64,000 bases of DNA, taken from NCBI GenBank assembly GCA_951406725.2, contig OX597818.1, forward strand, positions 63,116,001 through 63,180,000, written 5' to 3'. A model generated the notes under the pieces. It saw only the letters and a program-made list of their open reading frames with translations. It ran no database searches and was not told the origin of the DNA. Origin of the DNA: Octopus vulgaris. Taxonomy: Eukaryota. Positions 55,380 to 64,000 of this stretch are shown here, piece by piece (position 1 is the stretch's first letter; each line of letters begins with the position of its first letter). The position numbers and the translations under genes were made by a program.

Positions 55380-56528
55380 GAGAGTGTATGTATATATGTG
55401 TATATATATGTACGTGTGTATGTGTGTGTGTGTGTATATATAAAGATAGGTATATATATGTGTGTATATGTATGTGTGTGTGTATATGTATATATATATG
55501 TATGTATATATATATATGTATATATATGTGTAGGTGTACGTGTATATGTACATATGCGTGAACGCTCGTGTGTTTATGTATATGTAGGTACGTAGAGTTA
55601 TGTATGTGTGTATGTATATGTACATGTGTGTAGGTATGTATATGTATGTGTATATATATGTATATATATATATATGTGTATGTGTATGTATATATATATA
55701 TATATGTGTATGTATGTGTATGTGTATGTATGTGTATGTATATATGTATGTATTTGTATGTAGGTGTATATGTAGGTGTGTGTATATATATTTATTGGTG
55801 TATATGTATAGACTAGCCTTCTAATACTGTAGACATGATTCTGTGGGTAAGCGTACTATGTGTATATACGTGTGAATGTGAGGGCGTGAGTGAGTGCTTG
55901 CGTTCGTATCAGTAAGTAGATAGAAAAACAGAACCTTTAGAGATCCCTTGGGACAAGTTTGACCGGTCAAGATAAAAATAAAGATATAAACAAAAGTAGT
56001 TAATAAAATTAAAATAAGAGAATAAAAATGTTTGTGTATGTGCGTGCATGTATATGCATTTGTATATATAGGTGCGAGTGGGTATACATATGTGTATGTA
56101 TGTGTATGTGTTTGTGTATCTGTGTGTATGTACATGAGTATGTGTAGATATATGTACATATATATATATATGTATGTGTTTGTGTGTGTATGTATATAGA
56201 TGGATGTATATGTGGGTATGTATGTATAGGTATAGATATATGTGAATAGGCGGGTGTGTATATGTGTATGTATATATATATATATGTAGATGTACAAGTG
56301 AGAGTCTCCCCACTTACCTAAAACTTTTTTTTATTATTTTTTTTTATTTTATTTTTATTTTATCTTTTATTCTTTTATTTATTCTTTTATCTACTTTACC
56401 ACCGATTCCTTTGACCACTCCCCTAATAATGACAGTTTTGCGCCATGCCTACCCCCAAAAAAGTCCCCTACCACCACCCATTTAAACCTGCCTAAATGTA
56501 TAAATGCCAAAACAACTCTTGTCGACTT

Positions 56529-56577
56529 GCTTCCTGATGATTTCTTTTGAATGAAACAGTTCTAGTCCTGTAGAAGC
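56529..56577 (+). ncRNA. Type I hammerhead ribozyme candidate
   Basis: GCUUC-CUGAUGA-U(UUC-UUUU-GAA)U-GAAA-CAG(UUCUAGUC)CUG-UA-GAAGC. Intact core, 5-bp stem I, stem III ACAG/CUGU, GUA cleavage triplet; the base of stem II is U-U rather than the usual G-C. Confidence 0.7.
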
Positions 56578-56588
56578 TCCTTCTATAT

Positions 56589-56656
<68 letters not shown>

Positions 56657-57122
56657 TAAATGTGCGTGCATGTGTTTGCGTAAAACCTTATACATAATTA
56701 CTGCGCACAGATCTGCAGTCAATGTACTGAAAATAACAGTGTACAAATGAGAAAGCAATAGACAAAGACGTTGCACTCTTTATTTACAGTATTCACCTAC
56801 ATAAACTATCAAGAAAAACGTTGGTTTACTCATATGGATCTTCACCAACCTAAAAAACAAAATGTAATTAATATCGATTTGTGCTTATAGACCAAACACT
56901 AAGTAGAACTTTAAAAACCTTCACATGATGAAAATCACTATGGCATATTAATTATCAATATAACAATACCAATCACACACACACACACTCATATATATAT
57001 ATATACATATATATATATGTATATATTTATGTATGTATATATATATAATATATATATATATCTACATATATATACATATATATATATATTTATATATATA
57101 TATATATATACACATGTAGATG

Positions 57123-57171
<49 letters not shown>

Positions 57172-57710
57172 GGATAGATAGGTATGTGAATGTTTGCAGA
57201 ATCGAGTGATAAAGCCATGAAATTAATGGCCAAGATCTGCTGCTTTAAACAAAGCTATACATGTGAGCATCTGTCATTCCGTTTATAATTGGCACAAATT
57301 CATAATAAAGAATTATTTTCAGTAGAGGTTTAATCAATTCCATATAGGGATACAAAGTTTCCAGAAATTGCTATTCTAACGATGCAATGAGTAAAACCAA
57401 AGGATATTTTAAACGTGAATTGTCTAACTAAACTTGGTGATTGATGTTACCTTTCAAGGTTTACATGAAGCTTCGAAATCCTCGTTATCGTTTTGCACTT
57501 TTAGCGTATTTTCTAGAGAGAACTTGTTTTTGAAGGATCGTCATCAAGCGTTAAAGAAAAAAAAGAATAATTCTTTCAGATTTTGAAACAATACATGTAA
57601 TTCGAAGGATGGGGCCATTTCAATTATGTAAACCTTAATTGTTAGAACCGAAATTTGTAGATTGATAGATGGATAGATAAATAGATAGATATATAAATAG
57701 ACAGACAGAC

Positions 57711-57835
<125 letters not shown>

Positions 57836-57889
57836 CATAGACAGATAGATACATAGATACATAGATCGACAGCTAGTTAAATCGTGGTA

Positions 57890-58240
57890 CACCGTAAGTT
57901 ACGACGACGTGCGGTTCCAGTTGATCCGATCAATGAAACAGCTCGCTCGTGAAATTAATGTACAAGTGACTGTGCAATCCAGAGACACGTATACCCTTAA
58001 CGTAGTTCTCGAAGAAATTGAGTGTGACGAAGCTAGCCCTTCGAAATACAGGTACAAGAGAAACAGGAAGAAAGAATGAGAGAAAATTGTGGTGAAAGAG
58101 TACAGCAAGGTTCGCCACAATGCCAGGGGCTCGTGGAGCTTTAAGTGTTTTCCCTCAATAAATACTCAATGCCCTGTCTGGGAATCAACCGCGATCCTAT
58201 GACCGCGAGTCCGCTACCCCAAACACTGGTCCATTGCGCA
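57890..58240 (-). mobile_element. SINE family C
   Basis: Reverse-complement match to 52364-52751. Confidence 0.9.
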
Positions 58241-58289
58241 TTTTAATTTGGGACATGAGGAATCGGAATGAATAATTCTGGCTCTTCTC

Positions 58290-58700
58290 TCCTAATTTGT
58301 AACAATTCTGGAGGTACCACCAATAATATATTTTTATACACCTTTGCTTAACTACTTTTGTCGTATGGAATGCGAAGTGAATCTCGGTGGAATTTGAACT
58401 CGAAACTTACATTTGGCAGATAAGCTGCTAACCTCTTGCTTATCTTCGGCATAGTAATCAGTCTGCCAGTTCGGCGCATTTACATAATTTTAAATATTGG
58501 CTAAAAACAGAAACTTTAGGTGCAAGGAGAAGTCGATTTATTCGACTCCATTCTTGAAGTGGTACTCATGTTAGCGAAAGCCAATTGATGAAAGGCACAA
58601 TCGACCTCGGCAGAATTTGAACTGAGAACACGAAATGTTAGAAAAAATATCATTAGACATTTTGCCCGAAACAATAATTATTCTGCGTTCTCACCGATTT
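58290..58700 (-). mobile_element. Two degenerate family A SINE remnants
   Basis: CTCGG(T/C)(G/A)GAATTTGAACT is retained twice. Confidence 0.7.
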
Positions 58701-59229
58701 GCAATTGTCTTATACACATTAACTGGCAAATCTTTTTATTCATCTGTTTTTACGTTTTGCGGGCTGTCTTGGGAGTTAAAATAATATATAGCATTTAAAT
58801 GTTCTTCATTTGTGAATTTTTCGAGAAGTCCAAAATTGAGATCGCTGAAGGAAAGCATATTTTTTCTTTTATATTCAATTGCAACAATAAACATGTTAGT
58901 TTTTTTTTTTTTTTGGAACTATAGTATCAAATGCAAATGTGTATGAAATGTCAATGAATGGGAATGCAAAATACAAAAATAACAAAAGCAATAACCGCTT
59001 CAAAACAGTCAATATTTTTGTAGTTAAAAAATTGACATTTATGACTTAAAATGTCCTCTAGAATTGGCCAGAGCTAATAATGACAAATTTTAACTACTAA
59101 AATGAGCAACTGGAAGTGAGACTGCTTTTAGCGGATTCCAAAATGGGGTCCCATGGCAGGTAATGAGTTAAAGCAGAACTGAGCAGTAAAACGATAAATA
59201 AATTTCTCCTACCTCGCATCTCACTAAAG

Positions 59230-59540
59230 CGGTATTTGTGGCTGCGTGGTCAGAGATTTGCTTCCCAAACACATGAGCTCAATCCCCCCGCTTGACACAT
59301 TGGGCAAGGGTCTCCTACAACGTCTCTCGCCCGAGTAAAGCATTGCGAGTGAATTTTCTAGAAAGAGACTTAAAGAAACCACTCGTATTTGTGTGTGTTG
59401 ATATCCCGCTACCGCTTCACAAACAGTGGTGGTTTGTTTACCTCCATGTAGCTTAGCCATTCGCAAATGGGACCGATACACTAAACACTCGGGTCAATTT
59501 GTTGAGATTTAATGACTAATAAGCGGTGTTCTACACCAGA
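59230..59540 (+). mobile_element. Degenerate SINE family B
   Basis: GTGGCTGCGTGGTCAG..ACATTGGGCAAGGGTCTCC. Confidence 0.65.
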
Positions 59541-60369
59541 AAATATTTCAGATACTCTCATGGTATTTTAGTAAGAATCATGGCATACATTGTGTCTCTT
59601 AATCGAAATATCATTCCGATCTGATGATAATTTTGTCTCTTATAGAAATAGAATTACTTTTCTAACCTTGAAATAGACATAATGAGAAGTTGATGATTAA
59701 ATATAGAAACATCTATAATTGATGATTGAATTGTTTCTCATTTAATATATGTCTTTAGTAAAACGGAAATATATGAGAATGGATTCATAAAAAATAGCAA
59801 TCATAGCTCTTGGAATACAATAATGGTAATGGAACAAATAGAGTATCGCGACTTTTTCGAAGTTGCTTTAGTTTAGTGTTCATATTTATCCGATCGATTG
59901 AATAATGAATTACAGAAAATCTCATATTTATTAAACCGGTCTCCATTCTAAGTCCCAAGAGTGATTTATTGAGATCAAATATAGTGTGATGCCATGGAAT
60001 GGTTTCTTGTTATTCATAAGATAAATTGTGAGAGATTATCATTGAGGCGAGCATTGATAATACATTATAATTTCCGACAAATTACATTGTAATTATATTG
60101 TTAGCACAATGCTGAAAGGACTCCTGAAAACAGATAATAACACTAAGAATTATCTGAAACTCCCTCATAAGACTGGAAGCAGTTACATAATATATGAGTT
60201 TACCATTAATTGTTCAATACATATCTTAATTTTCTAAAGTTCTCTTAATTTTATGGGTGCTACACTAGCACGATGAATATTCTGCCCTGCAATATAAGTG
60301 AGAGAATATTATTAAGTCCTTTAGGTCCTGAAAATTTCACCTTACTAATATGAACGTTCAGTTGATCCT

Positions 60370-61050
60370 GTAATCAGTTCTTTCATCACTGTCGACGACA
60401 ACTAAGTTCAGCACAAGGGAGATGTAGAAAGGGCATGGTGTGTCCGCTTGTGGCCGAATTAGTCCGATGTGTGCTTGCAAGTCTCTCTCGGCTATTGGTG
60501 GTCTGTTGGGAGCAAAAAGAATGAGTTGGTTCTGGACTGGCGTATTCTGCGTTTTCATTGAGCCCTTGAAATCGTGTTCTGTTCGGATGAGAAGATTCTT
60601 CTGTTGGTGCAACTTCTTCAGGCAGAGTAGTAGTCTTGTGCTTGTGTTTCCCATGGGCTGTGGTTGATCAGAAAGTTCTTTATCATTGATCCCTTTTTTC
60701 TGTCTGCCCTGACTACGCTACACTTCCACCAGTTCACTGTAAAACAGCCTCTTGCGGAGCCGCGTATCAGGCATTAGAACAAGGTGGGATAGCTACCTGT
60801 CTTGCATTCTCATCAGCATTGTATAGATGCTTGGCAGATCAGCTCAAGAGAGGACTTCCGTGCTGGAGACCCTGTCTAGCTTGAATCTTTCTAACAGCGT
60901 TCTCACAGCGGTTCATGTTAAAGCGGTTCAGAGTTTTGGTGTGGCATTCGTAAACCGTCCAAGTCTCGAAGGCGTAATTCTATTTTAACAGGATCAATGC
61001 AGAGTCTGCACGTGATAGACTCTGGTCGATGCAGCTCAATGCCATACTTC
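60370..61050 (-). mobile_element. 3' fragment of an RTE-clade LINE
   Basis: YAFETWTVY..LNRF..DRVSSTEVLS*ADLPSI..HLVLMPDTRLRKRLFYSEL..RSQGRQKK, typical of the RTE C-terminus. Confidence 0.85.
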
Positions 61051-62525
61051 TCTAAAAAAAATTAAATAAAGTCAATAAATAAACTGAAGTTTTAAGCAAA
61101 ATTATAACCGTATATCTATTTAATGCCTTCTCTGAATAGATGTTACAGATAGGATCCTCATGGAGAAAGTCGTCTGGTGATAAATTGCATGGAAATACAA
61201 TTTAATCCATTATTTAGATGACTGAGAGAGATAATAACTGAGGATTTATAAAAATAAAGATGTTTTGAACTATAAAACTTCATATTTACAGCTGAAACTT
61301 TATCAAAAATACTGCTACGAGTAGCTGTAAATAATGGCGTAAAAATTCCTTTTTAATGTTGAGATTAACAATAAAAAAAGTTTTTAATGTTTTACTTATT
61401 ATATTGGACTATAAGAATAATTTTTGTCTGAAATCTCTCCTCAGTGGAGAAAACAATAGGCACTAGATTGTCTTTCATGATCTGACCGATCATTATCTCG
61501 ACCATTAATAACACATAATAAAGATAAAAACCAGCATCATTCAGAAGAGTCTGTAATAATCATATCTATATGTTATACTTTCGCTTTTGTCGTTGCTAAT
61601 CACATATTTTCATATTAATATTGTCATCATTATGGTTCATTCAGAGGTTTTATCTTTGTTCATCAGCGAACCTAACGCCAATTTAAACTAACCATTTGTC
61701 CGAGGATTCCATGTACTTTTAAAATCACAGTGTGTATGTATAAATACAAGCGTACACACATACATTCACACGCAAACATACTCACACAGATATTAGATAT
61801 ATATGCACTTATATATAAATCAATATGCATTGCAATGTAGAAAACCAAATAAGAGGATCAGACATCATTAAATACCAGTGTGGAAGTAATTACAATTAGA
61901 ATTTTAAACTCACTGTAACACGGATTCATGCAGATTTCGATGTTAAAAGTGAAAGCTAATTATAGAATTCTATGAGAAACAACGCGTAGGATGCGAAGTT
62001 AGTGCTAAGAAACTCTCAAGACAGCTGAATAGTAAATGATCTTCAGAATAAAAGTCTCAGAATAAAAGAGTTGGATCTTTGCCCTTTGACGAAAAATACA
62101 TCGCCGATAGTTGTTGCTGACAAACAACGGCAGTAATTTTATTCCGCTGAATACACGTCATTGAGTGGTTGAAATTACCGAAATAGGACTACTTTAACGT
62201 GAAATAACTTCGTAAATATAAGTTTTTCTCAAAAATGCTAAGAGTAAAAGATGTTTTATATGATACATTCTACAGGTGTTCGAAGTTTGAAAGTGTTTAG
62301 TTACAAAAAAAAATATTTTTAAAATCTGTTTTCAAAAGATAAAGATCTAAAGTGTTTCTTCACAGTTTCCTTCACTCTAAGTATGGATGGTCAAAAAATG
62401 GTAGCGGTTTGTGAGTTGTGTCTGTAACTTCAGGGAGAAGGTAAAACATTTTTTCCTATGTAATTGATTAGAAATGAACGTGGAATATGCTAGATATTTG
62501 TATCAGTGGTATAACGTGACATAGT

Positions 62526-62760
62526 GGAGGCGCGTGGTTTAGTGTTTAGGCTGTTGAACTCATGACCATAAGTTTGTGGTTTCGAATTCTGGACCGGGCG
62601 ACCGGTTGTGTTCTTGAGCATAACACTTCCTTTCAAGTTGCTCTAGTTCACTCAGCTGGCAACAGTGAGTAATCCTGCGAGGGACCGGCGTCCCTTTCTG
62701 GTGGGGAATATATATGCTATGGAATCCGACCCTTCTTAGACGGCATGGCTCGAGGCGGTA
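62526..62760 (+). mobile_element. SINE related to family C (diverged)
   Basis: GGAGGCGCGTGGTTTAGTG..GGTTTCGAATTCTGGACCGGGCG..CGGCGTCCC. Confidence 0.8.
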
Positions 62761-62872
62761 GCTTCAAATATTTTAACTTTACTTATATTGCGACTTATTT
62801 CAGTGGTTTATTTAGGTTGAACTAAACAGGTCAATGAAGTTTATTTCGTGTGGAATATCTAATAAAATTTGT

Positions 62873-63172
62873 GGAGGCACATGGCCTAGTGGTTAGAGCA
62901 GCGGACTCGCGGTCGAGGGATCGCGGGTTCTAATCTCAGACCGGGCGATGCGTGTGTTTATGAGCGAAACACCTAAGCTCCACGCGGCTCTGGCAGAAGG
63001 TAATGGCGAACATCTGCTGACTCTTTCACCATAACTTTCTCTCACCCTTTCCTTCTGCATGTTGCAGCTCACCTGCGACGGACTAGCGTCCTGTCCAGGT
63101 GGGGAACCTATATGCCAAGAAAACCGGGAAACCGGCCCTTATGAGCCAGGCATGGCTTGAAAAGGAACAATC
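62873..63172 (+). mobile_element. SINE family C variant, full length, with target-site duplication
   Basis: tRNA-like head; ATCTAATAAAATTT on both flanks. Confidence 0.93.
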
Positions 63173-64000
63173 AATCTAATAAAATTTACTTCAATCTAAT
63201 TTGAGAGTGTGGGCTCACTCACAGTCATATTCCTAAATAATGACTAAAATGGACGTTGCTTTGATTTGCGGTTTTACCGTCGTAATGAGAGATGACGTAT
63301 GTAATTACGAACAAACTGATATACTGGAGCGACAGATATCTTCAAACTGAACAACTCTTTTTACTAACTGCATTAGAAACGGACTCAAATTTTAAACTAC
63401 ATCAACAACGGATCTAATCTCTAGAAGATTATTTCCTAAGTCCTGATTAAATTATTTCTCTTAGATTTCCTACAGTTGAAGTCCACAAACAATTTGTCTT
63501 ATATTCATTCAGTTTTTGTATAAGTAATATTAAGGAAAAATTTATATTTACCGAGGACAGCAGGAAATATCTAAAGCAGGGAAAAATATAAATAAAAGCA
63601 GAATTAAAGCAATATTCAAAAGAATTAAGAGACAATTAAACCAGCGAAAACTAGGAAGAGTGAAATACCGGAGAATTAGCTGAAAGCTGATTGTGAATCA
63701 GAAACATTAAAATTAACGAACAGCTTAAATAAATGACACTAAAAATCGAATCTTTTCTGGTATATTAAACAAAATATGTTTGTGTTAAAGAAACGTTTAG
63801 TTCATGTACTCTTGTGTTTCTAAAATAATAGATGATTCGATATCCTGAGCAGAGAGAAAAGAAGAGCAGGGTTATTTATGTTATACATAGAAAATCAGTG
63901 ATATATGTAAATTAAAAGCGGTTTTGAAGCAAAAAAAAAAAAAAAAAATCTGTTCACCATGGGTAGATTTCAATAATGAACTCAGCTTAATTTACTGAAT

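Noticed and set aside
58720-59170. Possible piggyBac-type MITE ending GAGTTAA
   Set aside because: No convincing matching left terminal repeat found.
62074-62347. Cadherin-like VKGKDP reading on the - strand
   Set aside because: It overlaps apparent terminal inverted repeats (GATCTTT..TTTGA / TCAAA..AAAGATC) of a probable MITE, so it was not counted as evidence.

Overview
Eukaryotic, AT-rich, microsatellite-dense DNA. The SINE families and repeat content point to a cephalopod, probably Octopus (inference). There is no intact gene: almost all listed ORFs are microsatellite artefacts or transposon fragments. The window holds three tRNA-derived SINE families (about 25 copies) and fragments of HERO, R4/Dong, RTE and Penelope-like (PLE) retroelements. 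It also holds non-autonomous Helitron-type elements, three long inverted repeats and several hammerhead-ribozyme-like motifs. The main finding comes from hand translation of the apparently empty DNA between the transposons. It repeatedly gives decayed cadherin-repeat motifs (AxDxDxGxNxxxxY, LDxE, DxNDNxPxF), on the + strand from about 500 to 29,900 and on the - strand from about 62,000 down to 30,370, ending in a transmembrane-like stretch. The window therefore looks like a fossil giant cadherin locus, either one gene broken by an inversion or two convergent genes or arrays, later filled with transposons. All calls were made by eye and need HMM confirmation.
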